This document shows, piece after piece, positions 17,573-27,425 of a DNA stretch of 64,000 nt; position 1 is the first letter of the stretch; every line of letters begins with the position of its first letter. The notes under the pieces were generated by a model that was not told where the DNA came from, did no database searches, and saw nothing but the letters and a program-made list of their open reading frames with translations. The position numbers were made by a program, and so were the translations under genes. Origin of the DNA: Candidatus Abyssobacteria bacterium SURF_17 (lineage in GTDB: Bacteria; Abyssobacteria; SURF-5); contig QZKI01000121.1 of NCBI GenBank assembly GCA_003598055.1, forward strand, positions 7,102 to 71,101, in the 5' to 3' direction.

Positions 17573-17780
17573 GTCCCGGGCCGGGCCTATACCTGGCTGG
17601 ATGAATCAATGCCAATTACTCACTTAAGCTTTGGCGGACGAGCGCGATCAGCGGAAAAACCGGAGACTAGACATCACCCGATTCCCGCAGGTGGTGACAA
17701 GTCCCGCATCTCTGATATCAACCAGCAAATCTGACCTATTTAAATATTCATGTAAGCAAGAGTTCCGACAGAATTCCTCA

Positions 17781-17813
17781 CTTGTGCCCGTTCTTACTTG
17801 CGCCCGTTCTTCA
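17781..17813 (+). repeat. Tandem direct repeat CTTG(T/C)GCCCGTTCTT x2 in a 409-bp AT-rich intergenic region
   Basis: cttgtgcccgttctta / cttgcgcccgttcttca are adjacent, about 170 bp upstream of the 17982 gene. Confidence 0.6.
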
Positions 17814-17981
17814 AGAAGTCAAGATTTCGTTTCTTGTTCAGCCGGTTGTGCAACTAACTGAGTCATCATAATTCCAGCGCTAACATCAAGAACGCAAACG
17901 TACATTGGCAATCAACTGGAAAACCGGCCATACTATTCTTAAGATAGGATAAGTGCATGCAAAGAGCAGGAGAAGAAACCC

Positions 17982-18299
17982 ATGAAAACTCAAGAACAAA
18001 AGACGCAAGAATCACAGGAAAGAAAAGCGTATCGCGAAAAGATGGAGGCTCAGCTCAAAGAATGGAGTGCAAAGATCGACCTACTCAAGGCCAAGGCTGA
18101 TAAGGCAGGAGCCGAAGCCAAGATCGAGTATCACCAGCGAATCAATGAGCTGCGGCAGAAAAAAGAAATCATGCGCGGACGCCTCGAAGAGCTGAAAGAA
18201 GCCAGCGGCGAAGCATGGGACTCGTTGAAGTCGGGTGTCCAAAAAGCTCGCGATGACCTCAAGAAGGGCGTGGAAAGCGCAATCGCGAAATTCAAATAG
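17982..18299 (+). CDS. Small coiled-coil protein (105 aa), function unknown
   Basis: RBS aggagaag 7 nt upstream. Highly charged heptad-like sequence (KEWSAKIDLLKAKADKAGAEAKIEYHQRINELRQKK...). Confidence 0.5.
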   Translation: MKTQEQKTQESQERKAYREKMEAQLKEWSAKIDLLKAKADKAGAEAKIEYHQRINELRQKKEIMRGRLEELKEASGEAWDSLKSGVQKARDDLKKGVESAIAKFK

Positions 18300-18521
18300 A
18301 ACGTTTACGGTTCCTCCCCGTGAAGATAGCCAACAACGTACAGCGAAAAAGATTCAAGGCTGCTGTCATTTCGCAGTTCGTCGCACTTGTACTGTCCGTC
18401 TTTGTCACGAGAATTGCGAAAGTGGTACGATAACGAGTGGTGTTACGCCAATCAAATGGTACGGGGGGCCGTTCGCGTCATTACGTCTTCTGTGCTAACC
18501 TAAATAAGAGGGAGGTTGCTC

Positions 18522-19655
18522 ATGTTCGGGAAAAGTATCAAACTCTTCAAACTGTTTGGATTCTCGGTCAAGGTGGACATGAGCTGGATCATCATCGCCA
18601 TTTTGGTCGCCTGGTCGCTTTCTGTGGGGCTTTTCCCCCATCAGTTCAAAGGGCTTGCGGCACGGACCTATTGGCTGATGGGAATTGTGGGCGCTCTGGG
18701 ACTGTTCGCGTCGATCATATTTCACGAGATGTGCCATTCGCTCGTAGCGCGACAGTTCGGGCTGCCGATGAAAGGGATAACGCTCTTCATTTTCGGCGGC
18801 GTGGCCGAAATGGATGACGAGCCACCGAGCGCAAAGGCGGAGTTCATGATGGCTATCGCCGGACCGATCTCCAGCATTGTCCTCGCAGTGGGCTTCTACG
18901 CCGTCTCTTTGCTGGGGAAAAGCGCGCCGTGGCCCGGGCCGGTCACCGGTGTCCTCCAATACCTCGGGATGATTAATGGTTTGCTTGCCGCCTTCAATCT
19001 TGTTCCGGCATTTCCGCTCGATGGCGGAAGAGTCCTGAGGGCTGCGCTCTGGAGCTGGAAGAAGAATATCAAGTGGGCGACGCGCAAAGCCGCGGCAGCC
19101 GGGTCGGCGTTCGGATTGGTCCTCATCATACTGGGCGTATTTAATGTATTGGCCGGACGGTTTGTCGGGGGCATGTGGTGGTTTCTGATAGGGATGTTCC
19201 TCCGCGGCGCGGCGAATACGTCTTATCAGCAACTTGTGATACGGCAGGCGCTCGAAGGCGAGCCCATTAGACGCTTTATGGAACCAAATCCGGTCACGGT
19301 GCCGCCGTCGATTACAATCAATGAGCTGGTCGAAGACTACGTGTATAAGTACCACTTCAAGATGTTTCCGGTTACGGAGGAAGGTAAGCTCGTCGGGTGC
19401 GTCAGCACGCGACAGGTAAAGGAAATACCACGCGAAGAGTGGTCGCAGCGAACGGTTGGGGAGTTGCAGGTGGCGTGTTCGGACGAAAACACGATAGAGC
19501 CTGATGCCGATTCGGTCAAGGCGCTTTCGCGGATGCGTAAGACGGACGGCAGCCGGCTGATGGTTGTCGAAAACGGCCGTGTTGTTGGGATCGTTTCCCT
19601 CAAGGACCTGCTGCAATTCCTCTCTCTCAAAGTGGAACTCGAAGAGGAATCGTAA
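18522..19655 (+). CDS. Site-2 protease family (M50) zinc metalloprotease with tandem C-terminal CBS domains
   Basis: RBS gagggagg then ATG at 18522. HEMCH zinc motif in a multi-TM core. The C-terminal roughly 130 aa form a CBS pair. Confidence 0.85.
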   Translation: MFGKSIKLFKLFGFSVKVDMSWIIIAILVAWSLSVGLFPHQFKGLAARTYWLMGIVGALGLFASIIFHEMCHSLVARQFGLPMKGITLFIFGGVAEMDDEPPSAKAEFMMAIAGPISSIVLAVGFYAVSLLGKSAPWPGPVTGVLQYLGMINGLLAAFNLVPAFPLDGGRVLRAALWSWKKNIKWATRKAAAAGSAFGLVLIILGVFNVLAGRFVGGMWWFLIGMFLRGAANTSYQQLVIRQALEGEPIRRFMEPNPVTVPPSITINELVEDYVYKYHFKMFPVTEEGKLVGCVSTRQVKEIPREEWSQRTVGELQVACSDENTIEPDADSVKALSRMRKTDGSRLMVVENGRVVGIVSLKDLLQFLSLKVELEEES

Positions 19656-20043
19656 ACTCGAACAACGGTTCCACGACATCACGCTGCTGCGGATGAGTCG
19701 TAAGAAAGGAGAGGCGCAATCCGACGATGCCTGACAATCGTTGGTCCGCCACTGTGGGGAGTCCACTGGGTGCCCTTCCTCGTTATTGGTCCGGTCTTCG
19801 CATTATTTTTGGCAGCAACCGCACCTGCGCGGTCGCCTCGCTATCGCAGCGAGGCGGAAAACAGGCACAGGCCGCAACGAAGATTGCATTCGGGGTGTTC
19901 TTCTGGACTCTGCTCCTCATTTTGTGCTTCGTGATTTTTGCTTACTATTTATAATGCGTCACAGCAACAATATCAGGCTTATGCTGAAACATGAGGAAGA
20001 TATGCCATAACGGTTCTCTGCAAACGAGCAAGGAGGAAAGAAG

Positions 20044-20517
20044 ATGCTGCCTTTGAAGAAGATTCTCTGTCCAACGGATTTCAGTGAAGCCTCATACGAA
20101 GGCCTGAAAGCGGCAAACGAGCTAGCCCTGCATTTCTCCGCCGAGTTGAGCATTGTCCATGTCATCCCGCCCATCCCCACTCCGGTGGGTCTGAGTCCCG
20201 TGGGGCCAGCCGCTCCCGCATCATTCAATGTTCCTTCGTATCAAAAGGAGCTGGAGGAGTCGTCCACGAGAACGCTTCGGGAAGTGGTTGAGCAGAGGGT
20301 TTCCAAGAACCTGAGTGTAAAGCGGACCATCGTGCATGGCAGCGCAGCGCAAGAAATCGTACGCGTCGCCGACGAAGAAGGCATCGACCTCATCGTGATC
20401 GCCAGCCACGGACAGACTGGCTGGCGGCGAATCATGTACGGTTCGGTGGCCGAGAAAGTCGTCCGCCTTGCCCAACGTCCGGTGCTCGCTGTCCCGGCGC
20501 CGCACGATGAAGAATGA
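20044..20517 (+). CDS. Universal stress protein (UspA family)
   Basis: RBS aaggagg. N-terminus KILCPTDFSEAS and C-terminal GSVAEKVVRLAQRPVLAV. Confidence 0.85.
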   Translation: MLPLKKILCPTDFSEASYEGLKAANELALHFSAELSIVHVIPPIPTPVGLSPVGPAAPASFNVPSYQKELEESSTRTLREVVEQRVSKNLSVKRTIVHGSAAQEIVRVADEEGIDLIVIASHGQTGWRRIMYGSVAEKVVRLAQRPVLAVPAPHDEE

Positions 20518-20741
20518 AGAAGCTCGACTTGGGCTTGCGGCCAGGCTCGGATCCGCGCATGGGCATTGAAATCATCTGCAATAGACTGACTGGAACCAAA
20601 AATGAAAGCTAGTGAATCAGCAATTTCATAAGCAGCGGCAGATGTCAATCACCAGCGAGCTCCTCGATATCGTAACCGGTTTCGAGGCCCTCAAGAAAGG
20701 CCACTAGCCGTTTTCCGGGGAAATTCGAAAGTGGGTTGACA

Positions 20742-21713
20742 ATGAACTCGATAGTGACGCTGACAATCAATCCTGCCATTGATAAGAGCGCGAGAGTGCA
20801 GAATGTCGTGCCGGAACGAAAACTCAGGTGCCGGAATCCACGATATGAACCGGGAGGCGGTGGCATCAACGTCTCCCGCGCCATACACAATCTGGGCGGG
20901 AGTGCGGTTGCGGTATATACTGCCGGAGGATTTGCCGGAAAACTCTTGCAGCACCTGCTCGACCGGGAGGGAATCCCCCATCACGCGATTCCCGTGGATG
21001 GTTGGACGCGGGACAACCTGGTCGTGTATGAAGAGTCGACCGGCCAACAATTCCGATTCGGCATGCCAGGGCCGACCTTGAGGGATGACGAATGGAAGAA
21101 CTGCCTTGCGGAGTTATCAAGCATCGCCTCAAACGCGGAGTATATCATCGCCAGCGGGGCTCTGCCATCGGACGTGCCTGAGGATTTCTACGCGCAGGTT
21201 GCGAGACTCGGGAAAAAGCTCAAAGCGAAGGTAGTCGTGGATACTTCTGGAGAGCCGCTCCGCCTCGCTCTGAGCGAGGGCGTATTCTTGATCAAGCCGA
21301 ATCTTCGAGAACTCACGATGCTGGCCGGACACGAACTTGTGGATGAATCACAGCAGGAGCGGTTGGCTGGGAAAATTGTGGATGACGGCCAAAGTGAGGT
21401 GGTTGTGATCTCGCGCGGGGCGGGCGGCGTACTGGCTGTGTGGAAAGAGGGGCATGAACATGTGCGCGCACCCACGGTTCCCATAAAGAGCAAAGTGGGC
21501 GCAGGCGACAGCATGGTAGCGGGAATCGTGTTGAGTCTTGCTCGGGGAAGGGCGCTGCCTGAGGCGGTTCGGTTCGGCATCGCTGCGGGAACTGCCGCCG
21601 TGATGACGCCGGGGACGGAACTATGTCGGCGGGACGACACTGAGCGGCTTTATGCAATGATGAGTGCTGCGGTCGAATCGTCACGTCAGCATCGCCATCC
21701 CGCCAGGCATTGA
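20742..21713 (+). CDS. PfkB-family carbohydrate kinase (1-phosphofructokinase/tagatose-6-P kinase-like)
   Basis: N-terminal IVTLTINPAIDKS typical of the FruK/LacC subgroup. C-terminal GAGDSMVAG anion hole. Start is ATG 20742 or TTG 20736. Confidence 0.8.
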   Translation: MNSIVTLTINPAIDKSARVQNVVPERKLRCRNPRYEPGGGGINVSRAIHNLGGSAVAVYTAGGFAGKLLQHLLDREGIPHHAIPVDGWTRDNLVVYEESTGQQFRFGMPGPTLRDDEWKNCLAELSSIASNAEYIIASGALPSDVPEDFYAQVARLGKKLKAKVVVDTSGEPLRLALSEGVFLIKPNLRELTMLAGHELVDESQQERLAGKIVDDGQSEVVVISRGAGGVLAVWKEGHEHVRAPTVPIKSKVGAGDSMVAGIVLSLARGRALPEAVRFGIAAGTAAVMTPGTELCRRDDTERLYAMMSAAVESSRQHRHPARH

Positions 21714-21925
21714 CTTGACCAGAGCGATTGTCAAGTATTGCAGGTTCTGTTCGCCGTGACTTGCATCCGCGCCCAGATGGGTAAAACCTGTAATAAGGGA
21801 TTACAGAGATCCCAGGCTATCAGGATTGATATCGCTCGAGTAAGAGCGCAGAGCAGGAAAACCGCTCACTGCGGGTAGAGATGGCTCTCCGATAAGTGAC
21901 GCATGTATGAGAGAAAGGAGAGACA

Positions 21926-23080
21926 GTGATGGATAGATTGGATATTAATGAAATTGGGAAGCTGCTGGAAATGCGCGACGGATTGCGCGTTTCCCTTTTT
22001 ATGCCGGCGGAGCGGATGTCATCGGAATCGCGGCAAAACCCGGTTAGATTCAAGAACCTGATAAGGGAAGCCGGAGAAAAACTTATCGCCCACGGCCTTC
22101 GCACGCCGGAGGCGAAGGAATTCCTTAAGCGCGCTGACAGCCTCCTCAAAGACAGCAAGTTCTGGCAGTATCAAAGCGACGGGCTCGCGGTATTCCTGTC
22201 CGATGACATGTTCCGTTCATTTCGTCTTCCTATCCCCTTCCCGGAACTTGTAATCGTTGGCCAGCGATTCTACGTAAAACCCCTCCTCCCGTTACTGAGC
22301 AACGACGGACGATTCTATGTGCTTGCTATCAGCTTGAATGAGGTTCGGCTAATGGAGTGCACCCGATACCATGCGACCGAAGTTGACGTGGTAAACATGC
22401 CGAAGAGCCTTGCTGAGGCCATGAAATACGATGACCCGCAAAAACAACTCCAATTCCACACGGGCGCCGCAGCCGGAGGAGGCAAACGCCCGGCCATGTT
22501 TCACGGTCACGGAGTTGGAACGGATGACAGGAAGGATAAGATTCTGGAGTATTTCCGCCAGGTAGATAGAGGATTGCAGGGAACGCTCAATACGGATAAT
22601 GCCCCATTGGTGCTGGCGTGTGTGGACTACCTTTTCCCGATCTATAAGGAAGCGAATACCTTCCCTCACCTGGTGGACAAAGAAATATCGGGCAATCCGG
22701 AAGGAGCGCGCGCAGAAGAACTGCAGGAAAAAGCGTGGAAGATTGTCGAGCCGCTCTTCCTCAAGGTACAGGATGAAGCGGCTGCAGAATACAAACGACT
22801 AGCGGGAAACGCGCGCGCAACCAAGACTATTGAAGAGATTATTCCCGCTGCGTATCAAGGCCGCATTGGGTCTCTCTTCGTCGCTCTCGGCAGCCAGATG
22901 TGGGGACGGTTCAATCCTGACACACGGGAAACCGAGATTCACGAAAAAGAGGAGCAGGGAGATGAAGAGTTGCTAGACCTGGCGGCGGTCCAGACGATAC
23001 TTCATGGCGGGGCCGTGTACGCAGTAGAGCCGGATGAAATGCCAGACAGCGGACTGGCGGCCGCCGTATTTCGATACTGA
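21926..23080 (+). CDS. Conserved hypothetical protein (384 aa); possible eRF1-like (baeRF-type) fold, unverified
   Basis: Clean long ORF with protein-like composition. No catalytic motif was recognised. The family assignment is an inference from recollection only. Confidence 0.5.
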   Translation: MMDRLDINEIGKLLEMRDGLRVSLFMPAERMSSESRQNPVRFKNLIREAGEKLIAHGLRTPEAKEFLKRADSLLKDSKFWQYQSDGLAVFLSDDMFRSFRLPIPFPELVIVGQRFYVKPLLPLLSNDGRFYVLAISLNEVRLMECTRYHATEVDVVNMPKSLAEAMKYDDPQKQLQFHTGAAAGGGKRPAMFHGHGVGTDDRKDKILEYFRQVDRGLQGTLNTDNAPLVLACVDYLFPIYKEANTFPHLVDKEISGNPEGARAEELQEKAWKIVEPLFLKVQDEAAAEYKRLAGNARATKTIEEIIPAAYQGRIGSLFVALGSQMWGRFNPDTRETEIHEKEEQGDEELLDLAAVQTILHGGAVYAVEPDEMPDSGLAAAVFRY

Positions 23081-23452
23081 CGTAACGGTCCTCGTTGGGG
23101 CCTCTCCATCCCTCTTGACTATTCTCGCGGACCCCTTTCCGGTCGAGGAGAACTTCTTCCCTTCCTGAATTATGCGACGTCAAAGTGTTTAAGCAATATC
23201 TTGATTCCACATCCCGTCACACAGATTCTGGTCTTGCTTGTTGACCGTGTCAGCGTCGAGGCCGAGAGCGGGCGCAAGCCTGAGACTCGTTTTTCAAGTC
23301 GCTGCTCCCTGTAAAGCTATTGCGGAAAAGCTCTCGCAGGGTTCATAGTTGTAGTGAGCTTCAATTCCCTGGCGAAACGCAGACACTCTCTCAAACACCC
23401 CAGCAATTTGAGATAATGTCGCTCATCACGAGCGCATTATGGAGAGTGCAAA

Positions 23453-24664
23453 ATGGCCGCATTGAATAGGGACGCTGTGGCTTCTTTGGAATTCAACATT
23501 TCATGGAAAAGCGACATAGGCAAACACGAGGAGCAATACTATGCGCAAAAAGTGAACTTCTGGCGAGACGTTCTGCCAGTGGAAGCTGACGACTTATTGT
23601 CCGAGAGTAGAGGCGGCGCGGGAATCAAGCTTTCATTTTCCGGCGAGGACCGCCCGGCCTATGGCCACAACAAGGTCATCAGATTGAGACGCGAGCAGTT
23701 TGAGTGCCCGAAGATTGATCATCACGTCGTAAGGCCTCGTGTGGGTCGGTTCTACCCCAGGGGTCTGCTAAAGGGAGTGGACAATGTTTTCAGTGGAAAT
23801 GCCGAACCGTTTCGCATCGCGGAGGCAGAGGCCTCAAGTCTACTGGCCGACCTCAATCATCCGTTTACAGCAAGACCCTTTGACCTATCGGTATCGGCGC
23901 GCAATGTGCGGAAAAAGGCATTCGAAATAGGCGGAGCAATGACTGATTGGTTGGGCGTCGTCACGCAGGGTCCCGGCATGCAGGTCCGCTGGGAAGACAA
24001 ACCAACGGATTTCTTCTCGGACGACCCCTTTGTTCGAACGGATGAGAATGACGACAGGCGCTTCTATGAAAAACCGAGATTCGTCACCCACCTGGATGAC
24101 CAGGCATTGGAGCACATCAAGTCGCTCTATGGTACCCTGCTGAGGCCGGGAATGAACGTGTTGGACCTGATGAGCAGTTGGCGGTCGCACGTGCCGGAAT
24201 CTCTGCGACTCGACTCATTCGTTGGGCTCGGACTGAATGAGAAGGAAATGAGGAACAACCCGCAATTGACTTCCATTGCCGCGCACGACCTCAACGAAGA
24301 ACCTGCGTTACCGTTTGATGATAAATCATTCGATGCGATTGTCTGCACGGCTTCAGTCGAATACCTGACACGCCCATTCGAGGTCTTTGCCGAGTGTGCG
24401 AGAATCCTGAAGCCCGGCGGCGTCTTCGTCCATACGTTTTCCAATCGCTGGTTCCCGCCTAAGGTTGTGAGGATATGGACTGAGTTGAGCGAGTTCGAAC
24501 GTATGGGGTTGGTGCTCGAGTATTTTTTGCGAACAGGGCGTTACGAGAGTCTGGAGACCCGCTCGATTCGCGGCTGGCCGAGGCCGGTGAGCGACCAGTA
24601 CTATCCACGAGTCCGTATCTCGGACCCGGTCTATGCCGTTTTCGGAAGGCGGAGCGCCGGCTAA
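23453..24664 (+). CDS. Two-domain protein: unknown N-terminal domain (about 190 aa) plus a methyltransferase-like C-terminal domain with a degenerate glycine-loop
   Basis: C-terminal FDAIVCTASVEYLTRPFEVFAECARILKPGGVFV matches the Methyltransf_11 post-II region. Where motif I (hhDhGxGxG) is expected the sequence reads NVLDLMSSW and lacks the glycines. Confidence 0.5.
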   Translation: MAALNRDAVASLEFNISWKSDIGKHEEQYYAQKVNFWRDVLPVEADDLLSESRGGAGIKLSFSGEDRPAYGHNKVIRLRREQFECPKIDHHVVRPRVGRFYPRGLLKGVDNVFSGNAEPFRIAEAEASSLLADLNHPFTARPFDLSVSARNVRKKAFEIGGAMTDWLGVVTQGPGMQVRWEDKPTDFFSDDPFVRTDENDDRRFYEKPRFVTHLDDQALEHIKSLYGTLLRPGMNVLDLMSSWRSHVPESLRLDSFVGLGLNEKEMRNNPQLTSIAAHDLNEEPALPFDDKSFDAIVCTASVEYLTRPFEVFAECARILKPGGVFVHTFSNRWFPPKVVRIWTELSEFERMGLVLEYFLRTGRYESLETRSIRGWPRPVSDQYYPRVRISDPVYAVFGRRSAG

Positions 24665-24708
24665 TCAGCCGTTTGGGTATCCGAAATTTCCAAGAACGAG
24701 GAAGAACA

Positions 24709-26910
24709 TCAGAGGTTGGAAGAGCCGTTTTCCCTGCTGATAATGACTATTCCGAGGTAGCCGTCCACCGTGAGTTGATCACCAGTTTGAATAAGCAAAG
24801 TGGCATCTGTCACGCCGGTCACACAGGGAAGCCCGTACTCTCTGGCAATGATGGCGCCGTGAATGAGCATCCCTCCGCGACGTTCCACGATTCCGGCTGC
24901 AAGAGGCACTACGAAGGTCATGTTGGGGTCCAGAGCATCGCAGACCAGTACCTCCCCGGCTCGGAAGTCCATGAGGTCAGATAAATGAGCTATAACACGC
25001 GCTTTCCCGGTGGCTATTCCCGGACCTGCTGGCTGGCCTAGAATTTGTCTGGCTGTCAGTTGGAAGCCTCTCTTGGTTTTTGGGGGTGCCGCGTCGCCAC
25101 TCACTGGAGTATAGCCGACGTCAGTTAAAGCTTTTATCACTTCTTGTGCATCAATGTTTGCGGCATCAATCCCGCTTCTCGTTCCTATGCGAGACTTCCC
25201 TTCTTGAAGCGCGAGAAACAATTGGGCCTCGATTCTGCCAAGATATATGTTGTCATCGTCCCGGAGCCGATAGCTCGCTCGACCGAGTTCCAAAAGCTCC
25301 ACAGCATATGTTCTTTGATCTCCCTCAAACTGTGATAAGAAGTTTTCCTCAAGCAAAGTTATGCTGCCAGAGCGGGACTGGCTCTTTGCCCGTCCACGAT
25401 CCGTCATTTCCAGCAGCAGCTTGATAAGAGCTTTCCTGCCCTGCTGAGGTGAACCCGTACCAACGAAGATGTTCCCGAACTTCTCCAAGAAATCTTCAAT
25501 TTTTCGGACGAAGTCTTCATCGCATCTCGCATAGTCCTCGTTTCTCAGTTCTTCCGCAAGCGCGTGGTCTGCCCGTAGACTCGCCGCCATTTCTTCGAGC
25601 ATGCGGTTTCGCTCGACACTTGCCAACTCACTGCCTCGCAGTAGGTCAACGAACTCGTAGGGGTCAGACGGACGCATGACGTCGTTATAAACCTGGCCGA
25701 ACAATCGCGCCCCATGCGCAAACGGAATGAACTCGGTCCAGTAGACATCTGTCCATCTCTTGTGAATGCTCGAGCGTCTGGCAATCTCTTCTGCCAGTTC
25801 CGAGTCAGCTAAAGCCTTCGGATCCCGCTCGGCAAGCGCATTCGCTTCTCTCACCATCCGCGGGATGAGGTCGTGTTCTATCTTTTCGCGTAACGCCTTC
25901 AGGTTCTCGAAACTTCTGCGAAGACTCAGATACCATGGCCGTTTGTCATCACGCTGGTCGGGTGAAGCCGTGGTGATCGGACGCGACTGGAGAGCATACA
26001 ACGCACCCTGCCTGAATGTCCATTCGACGTCCTGAGGCGAACCGAAGATTTCCTCCGCCCTGAACGCGAGCAGAAAGACCTCCGTCACTTCCTCACTGTT
26101 CAAGGGTGCGCCGCTGAGCTTTCCCGCCGGCAGCGGTTCGAGACTGACGCCTTCGCGTGACGTAACAAGTGCCTTATTGCGCGTTGCAGTCGCATGAGAT
26201 ACAAGTTTTCGCGTTTTGCGGTCTAGAACCCATCTGTCAGGCTCAACGATGCCGTCCACCAGGCCCTGGTTTAGTCCATACACGGCTTCGATGACGGCTT
26301 GCGATTCATCCATCGGATGCTTGCCAAAGACCACTCCCGACTTCTCTCCTTCCACCAGTTCCTGCACAACGACTGCCATAGCGCTTCTCTCAACATCCAA
26401 TCGCAATTCTTGCCGATAGAGGAGGGCGCGGTCTGACCACAGAGAGGCCCACACAAGACGGATGTGGTCAAGGATGGAATCAATGCCTCTCACGTTCACG
26501 TAGGATTCGTGCAATCCCGCAAACGAAGCAATTCCTGAGTCTTCATCCAAAGCAGATGACCTGACCACCACCGCGCTTGACTTGAAACCGGAAGCAATCA
26601 CACGCTTCAATTGAGCGACAAGCTCTGGGGGAATCGCCGTCTTCAGAAACATGTTTCGGATTCGAAGCGATGCATCCCACATCTCTTCCCATCGCATGTC
26701 TTGGAAGTCTTTGCGGCTCAGCTCGAGCAATATCTGTTCGCGCAGTCCCGTCGAGGATACGTAGCTTGCATAGGTATCGGAGGTGATAAGAATCGCATTC
26801 GGTACGAGAATGCCGCCCCGCTTTAACTGTGCCAGCGAGAATCCCTTGCCCCCGACGCGGTTCCTGTCGTTCGGGCCTACCGTTTGAAGTTCGATTGCGG
26901 GATTTATCAT
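24709..26910 (-). CDS. PEP-utilizing enzyme / phosphotransferase (PPDK_N ATP-grasp domain plus C-terminal phosphohistidine mobile domain; PEP synthase- or rifampin phosphotransferase-like)
   Basis: N-terminal RVGGKGFSLAQL nucleotide-binding region. C-terminal GGMLIHGAIIAREYGLPCVTGV swivel domain. No C-terminal PEP/pyruvate TIM-barrel. Confidence 0.75.
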   Translation of the reverse strand: MINPAIELQTVGPNDRNRVGGKGFSLAQLKRGGILVPNAILITSDTYASYVSSTGLREQILLELSRKDFQDMRWEEMWDASLRIRNMFLKTAIPPELVAQLKRVIASGFKSSAVVVRSSALDEDSGIASFAGLHESYVNVRGIDSILDHIRLVWASLWSDRALLYRQELRLDVERSAMAVVVQELVEGEKSGVVFGKHPMDESQAVIEAVYGLNQGLVDGIVEPDRWVLDRKTRKLVSHATATRNKALVTSREGVSLEPLPAGKLSGAPLNSEEVTEVFLLAFRAEEIFGSPQDVEWTFRQGALYALQSRPITTASPDQRDDKRPWYLSLRRSFENLKALREKIEHDLIPRMVREANALAERDPKALADSELAEEIARRSSIHKRWTDVYWTEFIPFAHGARLFGQVYNDVMRPSDPYEFVDLLRGSELASVERNRMLEEMAASLRADHALAEELRNEDYARCDEDFVRKIEDFLEKFGNIFVGTGSPQQGRKALIKLLLEMTDRGRAKSQSRSGSITLLEENFLSQFEGDQRTYAVELLELGRASYRLRDDDNIYLGRIEAQLFLALQEGKSRIGTRSGIDAANIDAQEVIKALTDVGYTPVSGDAAPPKTKRGFQLTARQILGQPAGPGIATGKARVIAHLSDLMDFRAGEVLVCDALDPNMTFVVPLAAGIVERRGGMLIHGAIIAREYGLPCVTGVTDATLLIQTGDQLTVDGYLGIVIISRENGSSNL

Positions 26911-27374
26911 CTCGGGCGCAGTTCCATGACGTTCTGAAATCTATTAACGACAAAATAGCTGTCGACTTTTACTTTGAGCAACGCGCAGTTTGGGGAGGAA
27001 ACAAATTCCCGCAAATGCGGATGTTTACCGAGGTACAGCTTTAGGAGGCGGGTTCTTTCCCTTGTCCCTACCTCAGTGGTCTTGCCTGTGGCGGTAGCAG
27101 CTACTGCCTTGTGAAAGTCGGTCTCTCGGTTGGACCTGTTGTCGATAAGCAATGCAACATTGGGATTGGCCGCCAAATTTGCATACTTGCGCGTCGCTCG
27201 AGTGGTCGCGAAAAGCAACTGTTTGAGGTCTGCCGTTGAGGCGAACGCCACAAGGCTCGCATATGATTGCTTCTCGTTGTGTGTGGCCAGCACAGCCAGT
27301 TTCTGCGATGCAAAGAGTTCCTTCAACTGTTTTTTTAGTTTCGCTATCTCTGTCAATGGATTTCTCCTCCTCAA
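26907..27374 (-). CDS. Pyridoxamine 5'-phosphate oxidase-like FMN-binding split-barrel protein
   Basis: LAVLATHNEKQSYASLVAF... pattern of the PNPOx-like family. Its stop overlaps the downstream gene start by 4 nt. Confidence 0.7.
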   Translation of the reverse strand: MRRRNPLTEIAKLKKQLKELFASQKLAVLATHNEKQSYASLVAFASTADLKQLLFATTRATRKYANLAANPNVALLIDNRSNRETDFHKAVAATATGKTTEVGTRERTRLLKLYLGKHPHLREFVSSPNCALLKVKVDSYFVVNRFQNVMELRPR

Positions 27375-27425
27375 AACTGAAGTGGGCTCTCATCTTGCCG
27401 TGGATGGCACGGGTGAAAGCATCCT

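Noticed and set aside
18495-19766. 423-aa minus-strand ORF antisense to the M50-CBS protease gene
   Set aside because: Shadow ORF. The plus-strand gene has an HExxH motif, a strong RBS and CBS domains, while the antisense translation is Arg/His-rich with no motifs.
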